This document shows positions 31,050 through 41,204 of a stretch of DNA of 64,000 nt, in pieces. The DNA lies in the NCBI GenBank assembly GCA_963744515.1, contig CAVUTN010000003.1, positions 44,703-108,702 of the forward strand. Reading direction: 5' to 3'. This DNA comes from an uncultured Actinomycetes bacterium. GTDB lineage: Bacteria > Actinomycetota > UBA4738 > HRBIN12. The notes under the pieces are model-generated. The model saw nothing but the letters and a program-made list of their open reading frames with translations, had not been told where the DNA came from and did not search any database. Each line of letters opens with the position of its first letter. Within the stretch, counting starts at the first letter, position 1. The translations under genes were made by a program, and so were the position numbers.

Positions 31050-32226
31050 ATGAGGGGGACGCGGTTCAGGCTCGTTCGCGACCGGTGTGCTGGCGCTGGC
31101 GCTCGTCGCCGCGGCGTGCAGCGACGACGGCGGCGGCGGGACGACGCGGCGGTGGCGGCACGACGGCGTCCGGCGAGTGCTCGACAGGCCGACTCGGTCA
31201 CGCTGCAGCTGCAGTGGTTCATCCAGTCGCAGTTCGCCGGCTACTTCGCGGCGCAGGACCAGGGCTTCTACGCCGACCAGTGCCTCGACGTGACGATCGC
31301 CGAGGGCAGCGTCGACATCGTGCCGCAGCAGCAGCTGGCCGACGGCGTGGCGGACTTCGCGATCGCATGGGTGCCGAAGGCGCTCGCGAGCGCGCGAGGC
31401 CGGCGCGAACATCGTCGACATCGCCCAGGTGTTCCAGCGTTCGGGGACGCTGCAGGTCTCGTTCGCGGACGACGGCATCACGTCGCCGGCCGACTTCGCC
31501 GGCAAGACCGTCGGCAACTGGGGGTTCGGCAACGAGTACGAGATCTTCGCCGCGCTGACCGAGGCGGGGCTGGACCCGGCGTCGGACGTCGACGCTCGTG
31601 CAGCAGGACTTCGACATGTCCGGGCTGCTCTCGGGCGACATCGACGCGGCCGAGGCCATGACCTACAACGAGTACGCGCAGGTGCTCGAGGCCGTGAACC
31701 CCGACACCGGCGAGCTCTACCAGCCGACGGACTTCAACGTGATCTCGTACGAGGAGGTCGGCGTCGGGATGCTCCAGGACGCGATCTGGGCCGACGGCGA
31801 GCGGCTCGCGTCCGACGACGCGTACCAGGACATCGCGGTGCGGTTCGTGACGGCCTCGCTGCAGGGCTGGGCGTACTGCCGGGACAACGTCGAGGCGTGC
31901 AGGGACCTCGTGGTCGCGCAGGGGTCCAAGCTCGGCGACAGCCACCAGCTCTGGCAGATGAACGAGATCAACAAGCTGATCTGGCCGGCCGCCAACGGCG
32001 TCGGCTTCATCGACCAGGCCGCGTGGGACCGGACGGCGGAGATCGCGCAGAACACGCGCGAACCTGGAGGGCAGCGACGGTGCTCACCGCGCCGCCGGAC
32101 GCCGGGGCGTACACGAACGACATCGTGACCGCAGGCGCTCGCGAACCTGCGAGGAGCTCGGCGTCGACACGACCGGGCGAGAGCTACCAGCCGATCGAGG
32201 TGACGCTGCAGGAAGGCGGCGCCTAG
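31050..32226 (+). CDS. ABC transporter substrate-binding lipoprotein (NMT1/SsuA/THI5-like); multiple frame changes
   Basis: MRGTRFRLV..LALALVAAACSDDGGG is a lipobox. ..VTLQLQWFIQSQFAGYFAAQDQGFYADQCLDVTIAEG..; the C-terminus ..ESYQPIEVTLQEGGA is in another frame. Confidence 0.6.
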
Positions 32227-32320
32227 CCGGCGCCGGGGCGGACGGGCGGGCCGGCGCGGCGGCCCGCCCGGCACGCCTGTCTCGTCGCTCGCCCCGAGCG
32301 ACCCCTATCATCCGGACCGA

Positions 32321-33263
32321 TGGCGCCCCTGCTGCTGCTGAACGCCGACGACGTCCGGGCCTCATCGACCTCCCGGCGCTGTTCGGCGCGCTCGAGGGCG
32401 CGCTCCGAGACCTGAGCGCCGGCAGGGTCTCGGTGCCGCCCGCGCACCGTCGCCCGAACGCCGCGACGGCTTCCTCGGCTCGATGCCGGGGTACCTCCCC
32501 GGGACGGCGCTCGCGGCCAAGCTCGTGGCGGTCTTCCCCGGCAACCACGAGCGCGGCCTGCCTTCGCATGAGGCGCTGATCGCGTTGTTCGACGAGGAGA
32601 CCGGAGCGCCGCTGTGCGTGATGGACGGCACCGTCATCACCGCGGTCCGGACCGGCGCGACCACCGCGGTGGCCGGCTCGAGCGCTGGCGCGCGCGGACG
32701 CCCGCACCCTGGCGATCCTCGGGGCGGGGGTGCAGGGCGCTCGCACCTCGACGCGTTCCGCGAGCCTGTTCGAGCTCGACGAGATCCGCGTCGCGTCGCG
32801 CACCGCGCGGCACGCCGACGAGCTCGCCGAGCTCGACCCACGGGCGCGGGCGGTCGGCTCGTTCGAGGCGGCCGTTCGAGGCGCCGACCTCGTGTGCTGC
32901 TGCACCGACGCGGAGGAGCCCGTGCTCTCGCGCGCGTGGCTGGAGCCCGGGACGCACGTGAGCTCGGTCGGGGTCGGGGCCGAGGTCGACGCGGCGACCG
33001 TCCGCGCGGCGTCGATCTTCGTCGAGTGGCGCGGCGCGGCCGAGAACCCACCGCCCACGGGCTCGGCCGAGCTCCAGGGGCTCGACCCCTCCACGATCGC
33101 CGAGATCGGCGAGGTCCTCGCCGGCGAGCACCCGGGCCGGCGTTCGCCCGACGAGCTCACGCTGTACAAGTCGACCGGTCACGCGGTCGAGGACGCGGCC
33201 GCCGCCCGACAGGTCTTCGACCGAGCGTCGGCGGGGGGCATCGGCCGGACGTTCGAACTCTGA
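32321..33263 (+). CDS. Ornithine cyclodeaminase / mu-crystallin family protein; multiple frame changes
   Basis: MAPLLLLNADDVRA..; ..MPGYLPGTALAAKLVAVFPGNHERGLPSHEALIALFDEETGAPLCVMDGTVITAVRTGATTAVA..; ..ILGAGVQ..; ..WLEPGTHVSSVGVGAEVDAATV... Confidence 0.6.
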
Positions 33264-33317
33264 ACCCGAAGCGGACCCGAAGCGGCGCCGGACGCGGAGC
33301 CGCTACGCTTCGGCTCG

Positions 33318-33890
33318 TGCGCGTCGACACCGATCGCCGGCCGATCGAGACCGAACGTCTCCTGCTCCGACGCTCGATGCCCGAGGACGCGGCGACGATC
33401 TCCGCGTATCGCAGCGATCCGAACGTGAACCGCCAGCAGGGCTGGGAACGGACCGATCTCGACGGGCGTCCTCGCCGACATCGTCGAGATGAGCGGCCGG
33501 TCGCCGGGGGAGCCGGGCGGGTGGGTCCAGTTCACGGTCGAGGAGCGAGGCGCCGGAACGATCGTCGGTGACGTCGGCCTCTCGGTCGCCGACGGCGAGC
33601 CGGACGTGATCAAGGTCGGCTACACGATCGACCCCGCGTTCCAGGGACTCGGGTACGCGACCGAGGCGATCGGGGCGTTGGTCGGGTACGCGTTCGAGAC
33701 GCTCGGCGCCGAGGTGGTGCGGGCGCACGCGAGCGCCGAGAACGCGCCCTCGATCCGGGTCGCCGAGAAGGTCGGGATGCGTCTGGTCGAGCGCGTCGAG
33801 CACCGCGAGGCCGACGAGGTCTGGTTCAGCGTGCGCTACGAGGTCGCGCGCGAACCGGCCGACCGTCAGGACTGCAGCGCGGCGCGGCTT
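33318..33890 (+). CDS. GNAT-family N-acetyltransferase (RimJ/RimL-like); 3' end uncertain
   Basis: ..ETERLLLRRSMPEDAATISAYRSDPNV.. and ..FTVEERGAGTIVGDVGLSVADGEPDVIKVGYTIDPAFQGLGYATEAIGALVGYAFETLGAEVVRAHASAENAPSIRVAEKVGMRLVERVE... Confidence 0.55.
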
Positions 33891-34055
33891 GAACTCGTCG
33901 CAGGTGTCCGAGTCGTGGATCACGCCGCGGACGAACCGGCACCCACCGATCGACAGGCGCGGGAACATGAACTTGCACTCGCCGCAGCTGAACTTCGGGT
34001 TCTCGGCCTTGCGGTAGTTCGCCTGGGCCTTCGAGAGCCCTTGGACGCTCGGCAC
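33860..34055 (-). CDS. Small Cys-containing (CxxC...C..C) hypothetical protein overlapping the 3' end of the GNAT gene
   Basis: MPSVQGLSKAQANYRKAENPKFSCGECKFMFPRLSIGGCRFVRGVIHDSDTCDEFKP. The stop was not resolved. Confidence 0.4.
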
Positions 34056-34190
34056 GGCGTCCTACCTCCTGGTCGCGGTCGACGGCGCGCTCAAGCTGCG
34101 CCTCGTTCATCCTAGAACCGCGCCGACCGGGTTGCCGGGCGGGAGCGCAGGACCGCGATTAGCTGAGGCAAGCCGAAGGAGGAGGACGCG

Positions 34191-34621
34191 ATGGCGACAA
34201 GCACGCACGGGTGAGCTGGAAGGGCGACCTCGAGAACGGCACGGGCACGATCGAGCAGGTGGGCAGCGGGGCGTTCGGGCCCCTCGCCGTCTCCTGGGCC
34301 GCGCGCACCGGTGATGAGAGCGGGATGACGAGCCCCGAGGAGCTGATCGCGGCCGCCCACGCCTCCTGCTTCTCGATGGCGTTCTCGAACGGTCTGAGCA
34401 ATGCCGGGACGCCACCCGACCGACTCGAGGTGCTCGGCCACGGTCACGTTCGTCCCCGGCACGGGGATCACGGCGTCGGCGCTCGAGGTGACGGCATGGT
34501 GCCCGGGATCTCGGAGGAGGCGTTCGTCGCCGCCGCCGAGGTCGCGAAGGAGAACTGCCCCGTCTCGGGCGCGCTGAAAGGCAACGTCGAGCTGAGCGTG
34601 ACCGCCAGGCTGGCCGCGTAG
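34191..34621 (+). CDS. OsmC/Ohr-family peroxiredoxin-like protein; frameshifted
   Basis: MATSTH.. then ..SWKGDLENGTGTIEQVGSGAFGPLAVSWAARTG..SPEELIAAAHASCFSMAFSNGL.. ..EAFVAAAEVAKENCPVSGALKGNVEL. Confidence 0.6.
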
Positions 34622-34641
34622 ACGGCGAACGCCGGAGGCGG

Positions 34642-34938
34642 TCAGTCCCTCGCGACCACCAGCCGGTCGGGCGCGGCCGAGACGACGCGCATCCGTCGCT
34701 CGGGCGCGCCCGCAGCGTTCCTCGTGACCACGATCGTGCCGTCCTCGAGCGTCCAGGTGCCCGAGACCTCTTCGGGCCGGTCGGTGGGACCGATCGCGGT
34801 CTCGACGTAGCCGCCGTCGGGTCGGAGCTCGAACCCCAACCGCCCGCGCGACGGCGGGAACGCGTGGTCGTCCGGGCGGAAGACCATCTCCTCGGCCGTG
34901 TCCTCCTCGTGGGAGTGGATCCAGCGCCGCTCGAGCAC
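34642..34938 (-). CDS. Hypothetical protein (98 aa)
   Basis: Intact ORF: MLERRWIHSHEEDTAEEMVFRPDDHAFPPSRGRLGFELRPDGGYVETAIGPTDRPEEVSGTWTLEDGTIVVT... Confidence 0.45.
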   Translation of the reverse strand: MLERRWIHSHEEDTAEEMVFRPDDHAFPPSRGRLGFELRPDGGYVETAIGPTDRPEEVSGTWTLEDGTIVVTRNAAGAPERRMRVVSAAPDRLVVARD

Positions 34939-34987
34939 CTGCGCGATCGACCGTCATCGGGCCGAGCCTACCCCGCGCGCGTGCGGC

Positions 34988-35861
34988 TCAGCGTCCGATC
35001 TTCGAACGCGGGCCCGCCAGCGTCGCGTTCATCCGTGCGACCTGCCCCGGCGTGAACATGAACATCGCGGCGTCGTCGACGTAGTCCATGTAGTTCATGA
35101 ACATGTCGCCGTTCGGGCCGTTGTTGCAGCTGACGTGTGGGAACGTCGGCTTGCCGTAGTTCGGCAGCTGCGCGTTGGGCGTGTCCGACGACGTAGTCGG
35201 TTCCGCTGCAGTCGTTCTCGTCGCCCCAGATGTGACGCAGGTCAGCCAGTGCCCGATCTCGTGGGTCGCCGTGCGCCCCAGGTCGAACGGCGCCGCGGCC
35301 GTCCCCGAGGTGCCGAACGCCGAATGCAGGATCACGACGCCGTCGGTCTTCGCGGTCCGCCCGGGAACTGCGCGTAGCCGAGCAGCCCGCCGCCGAGGTT
35401 GCAGACCCACAGGTTGAGGTAACGCGTCGGCCGGCCAGCGCGGCGCGCCGCCGGTCGGCCTTGGACTTCACCGTGTCGTCCGCGCCGAACGAGGTCGGCG
35501 TCGTCGCCGTCCGGATGATCCCGGTGGTCGCCTTGCCCTTCGGGTCCTTCGTCGCGAGCGCGAACTGGATGTTGGCGTCGGCCACGAGGCCCTTCCACAC
35601 GGCCGGCGCGTTCTTCGCGTCGGTGTTCGTCGCGCGGAAGTCCTTGTTGAGCACGGCGATCTGGCTCTTGACCTGCGCGTCGGAGATGTTCTCCTCCGTC
35701 TTCTTGTAGACGACGTGGACGACGACGGGGATCGTGATCAGCTGCCGGGCGACGCGGGCGGCGAGCCCGGACGTCATGCTCCGCGCGGTGAACGATTCGA
35801 TGCGGTTCTGGTTGGTTCGGAACGAGGAGTAGAGCTCGGACAGGCGCTCGTTGACCTCCAT
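34988..35861 (-). CDS. M43-family (pappalysin/cytophagalysin-like) zinc metallopeptidase; frameshifted
   Basis: MEVNERLSELYSS..IPVVVHVVYKKTEENISDAQVKSQIAVLNKDFRATN.. and HEIGHWL..LRHIWGDENDCSGTDYV..DTPNAQLPNYGKP..CNNGPNGDMFMNYMDY... Confidence 0.6.
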
Positions 35862-36015
35862 CGAACCGCACTGTCGTCTCCTGCGGCTTGGCCGGCCATC
35901 GCTCCTCCTCCTGGGTGGTCGCTCCCGGGTGTCGGCGGGACGTGGTCCAGTCAAGGGTCGGCGGCGGGCGGCGGTCAATGCCCCGTTCCACCTACGGTCG
36001 GTGCAAGGCCGGTTC

Positions 36016-36633
36016 CTAAGCGCCCGCAGGCGGCGGCGTGCTCCTGGGGCGGTCGTCGCCCCGCCGACGGTGGATCCTCGCACCGGTGTCCCGTCGCATC
36101 AGAGCGATGCCGACCATCAGCGGCACGAACTGGGTCACCAGCGGTGGGAACCCCTCGTAGGGGAGCGCGAACAGGGTCAGCGCGCCGATCCCCCAGCCGA
36201 TCGCCAGCCATCCTATCCGGCGCGAGACGGCGCCTGTCCGCAACACCGACGCCCCGAACGCGGTCATCGCGAGCGCCGAGCCGACGATGAACACGACCTC
36301 GAGGTCGTACGTCCACACTTGCGGCGCGAACGCCCGTCACGGTCGCGATCACCCACGCCGTCGCGGCGACGGCGTAGGCGGCCGCCCGGCGCTCGAGAGC
36401 GTCCGATCGCCCGAGGACCAGAGCAACGAAGCGAGTCCGATCAGACCCAGGAACGTCAGCGAGACGGTCCCGATCAGCAGGCCCCGCCCGCGTGGGTCTC
36501 GAACGTCGGTGGGACGGCATCGGTTCCCGTCTGCGACGACACGGCGAAGGCGACGCCGGGGACCATCAGCGCGAAGCCGGCAACGAGCAAAACTCCGGAC
36601 ACGCGCCGAGCGCGCTGGCGGGTTGCGACCATC
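36016..36633 (-). CDS. Hypothetical membrane protein; frameshifted
   Basis: MVATRQRARRVSGVLLVAGFALMVPGVAFAVSS.. and ..VFIVGSALAMTAFGASVL..GWLAIGWGIGALTLFALPYEGFPPLVTQFVPLMVGIALM... Confidence 0.35.
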
Positions 36634-36716
36634 CTGGCCGAGGCAATGCTACGACGCCCGGGAGCGTCGTTCGGCAGTCGCGACCTACGCGGGCAGGGCG
36701 AGGATCTCGGACGCGG

Positions 36717-36896
36717 TCAGCCCCGGCTGCCCGGCGACAACCGGAGCCCGATCATCCCGCGGGGCGCCTCGGACCACACGCCGTCCTTGAGGATGTCGAC
36801 GCTGATCGCGCCCTCCTCGGTCTCGTCGATGCGCAGCGTCTTGCCGAGCTCGGTCGGTAGAAGTTCGTCGTCGCGTCCGGGTCGCGTGGGCGCATC
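36717..36896 (-). CDS. Small conserved hypothetical protein; paralog of 14291..14482, needs one frame change
   Basis: MRPRDPDATTNFYR.. then ..ELGKTLRIDETEEGAISVDILKDGVWSEAPRGMIGLRLSPGSRG. Confidence 0.45.
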   Translation of the reverse strand, partial: DAPTRPGRDDELLPTELGKTLRIDETEEGAISVDILKDGVWSEAPRGMIGLRLSPGSRG

Positions 36897-37222
36897 CGTG
36901 CCTCCTCGTTCCTGAGGGGCGCTCACGGCCTTACGCAAACGGTCCCTGTGGGTGGTGCGTCACTCATCATCTCACGTCGGAGCTTAGCGATCGCGATCGT
37001 GTCCCGTCCTGAGCCGCGGTCGTGTGCATCAGGGAAAGACGTACACTCCACGAGACGCGACCCCCGTACCTGTCGGGAGAAGAGGACGCACGGGGATCGT
37101 CTCCACCGATCCGGTCCCATCTCGCTGGCTCCAGCGAAGGCCCGATGCCCGAGCGTATCCGCTCGGATCTCGCTCACGTTGGCCTCGGTTGGTCAGGGGC
37201 ACACGAGCAAAGGAGAACACCC

Positions 37223-37528
37223 ATGAAGCACGTTCGTATCGCTACGTATGAGATCAAGAAGGGCTCGTTCCAGGAGCTCGCCGACGTCGCACAGGACGGG
37301 ATGCTGCGCGAGTTCCGGAACCAGCCCGGGTTCATCCGGTACGGTCTGGCCGACTCCGGCGACCAGACCTGCGTCTCGCTCAGCCTGTGGGAGACACGCA
37401 AGGACGCCGATGCTGCGACCCGTATCTCCGAGACCTGGGACCGTGAGCACATCGCGGACCGGGTCGAGCTGAGGACGAATCAGGTCGGCGACCTCGCCTT
37501 CTACGAAGGCGTTCCCGCCAAGGTCTGA
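37223..37528 (+). CDS. ABM-domain (antibiotic biosynthesis monooxygenase-like) small protein
   Basis: RBS AAAGGAGAA sits 7 nt upstream. MKHVRIATYEIKKGSFQELADVAQDGMLREFRNQPGFIRYGLADSGDQTCVSLSLWETRKDADAA... Confidence 0.65.
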   Translation: MKHVRIATYEIKKGSFQELADVAQDGMLREFRNQPGFIRYGLADSGDQTCVSLSLWETRKDADAATRISETWDREHIADRVELRTNQVGDLAFYEGVPAKV

Positions 37529-37586
37529 TCGACCGTCCGGTCGTGGAACCGGCCCGCTTGTGCGATCCACGAGCGCGGCTGTGGGA

Positions 37587-37620
37587 GAAGGGGATCCACC
37601 TCGGTGGGTTCCCTTCTTTC
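37587..37620 (+). terminator. Putative intrinsic terminator after the ABM gene
   Basis: GAAGGGGATCCACC-TC-GGTGGGTTCCCTTC forms a 13–14-bp stem with two G·U pairs. It is followed by TTTC (a short U-tract). Confidence 0.35.
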
Positions 37621-37679
37621 GTGCAAGGCTTGAGCCTGGACCCGCGCCGCGGGCTCTGAGCGTTCGCGAGGGAGGGGTC

Positions 37680-38102
37680 ATGACCGCGACCGAAGGGGTC
37701 GTCGTGCTGATCGGACGCGCGCTCTTCGCGGCGTTCTTCATCCGATCCGGGATCGCGCACGTGCGGAAGCACGAGGGGATGATGGGCTACGCACGTTCCG
37801 CAGGGTTCCCCTTCCCCGGGATCGGCGGCTGGCCGGCCGGTGTGTGGCTCCTGGCGGGCGCCGCATCGATCGCGCTCGGCATCTGGGCCGATCTCGGCTC
37901 GCTCATGATCGCGCTGTTCCTCGTGCTCGCGGCCCTGTTCTTCCATCGGTTCTGGACGATCCGCGACGCCGAACAACGGCAGACGCAGGCGAGCAGCTTC
38001 TACCGGAACGTCGCGTTGCTCGGCGCGTCGCTCGCGCTATGGGGGTTCTTCGTGGCGGCCGGTGAGGCCGTTCGGTTCACGCTCACCGGTCCGCTGTTCT
38101 GA
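37680..38102 (+). CDS. DoxX-family membrane protein
   Basis: MTATEGVVVLIGRALFAAFFIRSGIAHV...LAGAASIALGIWADLGSLMIALFLVLAALFFHRFW. Confidence 0.75.
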   Translation: MTATEGVVVLIGRALFAAFFIRSGIAHVRKHEGMMGYARSAGFPFPGIGGWPAGVWLLAGAASIALGIWADLGSLMIALFLVLAALFFHRFWTIRDAEQRQTQASSFYRNVALLGASLALWGFFVAAGEAVRFTLTGPLF

Positions 38103-38127
38103 TCACTCTGTGTTCGGCGGACGACGT

Positions 38128-38448
38128 CAGACCTGCTCGACGGCGCCCTTGTCGGTCCGGCGCCCGCGCTCTCGGCGGTACCGGTCGAGGGTTGGGTCAG
38201 ATCCTTGCGATAGTTCCACTGAGGCAGCACGTCCGCGAACGACGGGGCGTCGGCCAACGCGAGATCGCTCGCCTCTTGGGCCCGGCGATGGACCACGATG
38301 GCGACGAACACGGCCAGACCGCGACCGCGAGGGTGATCCAGACGAACGTGCCCGACAGGGCGATCGCCGACTGGACGAGTCCCAGTCCGACGATCAGGGC
38401 GATCACGATCGTCATCACCCTGCCCACGGTGGACTTCGGCCAGTGGAC
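38128..38448 (-). CDS. Small membrane protein (hypothetical); frameshifted
   Basis: MVHWPKSTVGRVMTIVIALIVGLGLVQSAIALSGTFVWITLAVAVFVAIVVHRRAQE... Confidence 0.3.
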
Positions 38449-38747
38449 CATGGCTGCCTCCTCGGTCTCAGGGAACCGGGAAAGGCAAGGTCGCGAGGAT
38501 GCTCGCGCGTGCGCCCCGTCTTGGGCGGTTCCACCAGTGGTGGAACCCCAGCGTAGCACGAGTGGTGCTGGGACCGCGCACCTCGTCGTGCGGGCGTTCG
38601 TCCCATTGCGTGTTCGGACAACGTGGCGTAGCGTGAGAGAGCGGACCCCAGATCCCGGCCCGCGAGCGCCTGCTGACCGGGCGCATCGGAGCCCAGAGAC
38701 TCGCTCCCAGGCCGGAGGGCACTCGTCCTCCAGGAAGGGAGCCGCGA

Positions 38748-39111
38748 TGCTGGTTCCCTCGGAAGCCTTCTCCGTGCTCACGTCGAGCCGTCGAACGGCG
38801 CCGCCCACCTCCGCCTGTCCGGGCGCTTCGACGTGGCTGCGGTCGGGGCGCTCGACGACCTGATCGGCGAGACGCAGCGGCTCGACGTCGTCATGGACCT
38901 CGGCGACGTCACGTTCATGGACGGCGCCGCGTGGCTCGCGGTGATGGACTTCGAGCACCGGGCGCATGACTGGGGCAAGGAGCTCCGGCTCATCAACGCG
39001 CCGTCGCACGTCCGCAGGATCTTCGAGCTCACGGCGACCGAGTACCTGCTCTCGGACACCGATCGGTCGACGAACGGGCGGCATGCCGGGCGGACCGCCG
39101 TGATGAGGTGA
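38748..39111 (+). CDS. STAS-domain anti-sigma-factor antagonist; frame change near 38790
   Basis: RBS GGAAGGGAG. MLVPSEAFSVLT.. then ..AAVGALDDLIGETQRLDVVMDLGDVTFMDGAAWLAVMDFEHRAHDWGKELRLINAPSHVRRIFELTATEYLL. Confidence 0.6.
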
Positions 39112-39123
39112 TCGGAGGTGACC

Positions 39124-39312
39124 ATGGATCGGATCACGTCCCTACCCGCGTTCGAAGGGCTCCGCGCCGAAACCGAGCGCCTCGTCCGTCAGGGGAGCGA
39201 TCTCCCGGCGTTCCAGACACGCACGTGCGCACACTGCGGGGAGCTGACGACGTTCGCGCTGCAGGATCGGGCGGGCTGGTACGCCTGCCTCTCGTGCGGC
39301 CGGTACGCCTAG
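39124..39312 (+). CDS. Small zinc-ribbon protein (CxxC...CxxC)
   Basis: RBS GGAGG is 6 nt upstream. MDRITSLPAFEGLRAETERLVRQGSDLPAFQTRTCAHCGELTTFALQDRAGWYACLSCGRYA. Confidence 0.5.
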   Translation: MDRITSLPAFEGLRAETERLVRQGSDLPAFQTRTCAHCGELTTFALQDRAGWYACLSCGRYA

Positions 39313-39344
39313 GGCGCGACCGAGCCCCTCTCCCGGGCCTCGAT

Positions 39345-40473
39345 GTGAGCGACGACGTCCTCGGTGCGCCGGGGGAGGGCGAGCCCGGAGTTGCCGCGCC
39401 CAAACACGAGAGCCCGGCATGGCGCGTCGTCCAGATCCTTGTCGCCGTCGCGGTCATCGCGGTCAGTCTTCTTCTACGCGATCCCCAAGATCGCCAGCTA
39501 CTCCCAGGTCTGGACCGAGATCAAGGGCATGACGCCGCTCGAGATCGGGTTCCTCCTGGCCGCGACCGCGCTGAACCTCGTCACCTACTGGTGGGCGAAC
39601 ATGGTGTCGATCCCGAACCTCGGCCTGTGGCAGGCCGCGGTCAACAACCAAACCTCGACGACGGTCGCGAACACGATGCCGGGTGGCGGCTACATCTCGC
39701 TCGCCGTCAGCTACGAGATGTACCGCGCCTGGGGCTTCTCCAAGACGGACGTCGGCCTGTCGGTCGCCGTGACCTCCGTCCTGAACATCTTCGCGAAGCT
39801 CGCGCTGCCGGCGATCGCGCTGCTCTTGATCATCGTGACGGGCCGCGCGAGCGGGTCGCTGGTCGGTGCTTCGATCGTCGGGATCGTGATCCTGGCCGCG
39901 GCGGTGGTGCTGTTCGGGCTCCTCATGTGGAAGAAGCGCTTCGCGAGGGCGATCGGGTCCGGGCTCGGCCGGGCGGCGACGTGGGTCGCGCGCCGGTTCC
40001 GCCGTTCGCGGACGTTCGATTGGGGGGAGGCCGCGGTCCGGTTCCGGCGGAACACGATCGACTTCCTGGTCGAACGCTGGTTCTGGCTCACGAGCACCAC
40101 GATCGTCAGCCATCTCTCGCTGTATCTCGTGCTGCTGCTCGCGCTCCGCTTCGTCGGCGTGTCGGATGCCGAGGTCACGTGGGCGCAGGTGCTCGGCGTC
40201 TTCGCGTTCGGCCGACTCCTGACGGCGCTCCCGATCACGCCGGGTGGGCTCGGGATCGTCGAGGTCGCGTACATCGGGGGACTGATCCTCACGGGCCGTG
40301 GTCACACGGACGTACCGGCGGACGTCTTCCACGCGCAGGTGACGGCGGCCGTCCTGGTGTTCCGAGCGCTCACCTACGGGATCCAGATCCCGCTCGGTGC
40401 GCTCACCTACGTGATCTGGCGGACGAACACGAGCTGGCGGAAGCCGGCGCCCGTGGCCGCCCCGACCCCCTAA
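39345..40473 (+). CDS. UPF0104/LPG-synthase-TM-type (flippase-like) integral membrane protein; frame change near 39470
   Basis: ..FYAIPKIASYSQVWTEIKGMTPLEIGFLLAATALNLVTYWWANMVS...ALPITPGGLGIVEVAYIGGLIL... Confidence 0.6.
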
Positions 40474-40483
40474 CGTTCGCGGC

Positions 40484-41203
40484 TCAGGTCGCCGTCTCGA
40501 GGGTCCCCTCGAGGAACGCCGCGGCCACCTCCGTCAGACGCAGCCGCGCGAGCGACAGGTAGTGCCCGTCGACGAGGTCGCGCACGGACACCCAGGCGTC
40601 TCGCAACATCGCGACCGTCGCCGGGTACCCGGGGTGCGTCGACAGACCCGACAGCACCTGGACGTCCGGTTCGACCGCTCGCGCGAGGCGAACGGTCTCC
40701 GCGACGAACGCGCGGTAGCGGTCCGGCTCGCGTTGGAGCGTCTGCGCCTGCGTCTCGATCACGTCGGCGTTCGCGGCCGCCACCTCGACGATCCCGGAGC
40801 GGAGGTAGGCGGACTCGCGCGTCTCGCCGTCCGTCGGCGCGTGCCGGCTCCCCGGGACCGAGACGAGGTTCGGATGGGGGGTGATCAACACGGTGTAGCC
40901 GAGCGATCGAGCGAGCTCGCCGAAGCCCCGGATGGACGCGTGTGGGTCGAGCCGTTCGTCGAGCGGTGTGGCATCCCAGTGCTCCGGGTCGTACATCGCG
41001 ACCTCGACGTCGTCCTCGATCGCGCCGTTCGCGACGTCCTCCGCGAACCGAGCCGAGCTGGCCCACGACCGACCGGTCATCGCCCCCGACCAGCCACCGA
41101 GCGCGATCGCATCCCGTGATCCGAAGACGCGGACGGCGAGGTCGTGATCGATCTCGGCGATCGCTCGGATCGTTCCCGCGGCCGTCACCCAGCGTGTCCC
41201 CAT
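40484..41203 (-). CDS. Hypothetical protein (intact)
   Basis: MGTRWVTAAGTIRAIAEIDHDLAVRVFGSRDAIALGGWSG...; it has no recognisable family. Confidence 0.55.
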   Translation of the reverse strand: MGTRWVTAAGTIRAIAEIDHDLAVRVFGSRDAIALGGWSGAMTGRSWASSARFAEDVANGAIEDDVEVAMYDPEHWDATPLDERLDPHASIRGFGELARSLGYTVLITPHPNLVSVPGSRHAPTDGETRESAYLRSGIVEVAAANADVIETQAQTLQREPDRYRAFVAETVRLARAVEPDVQVLSGLSTHPGYPATVAMLRDAWVSVRDLVDGHYLSLARLRLTEVAAAFLEGTLETAT

Positions 41204-41204
41204 G

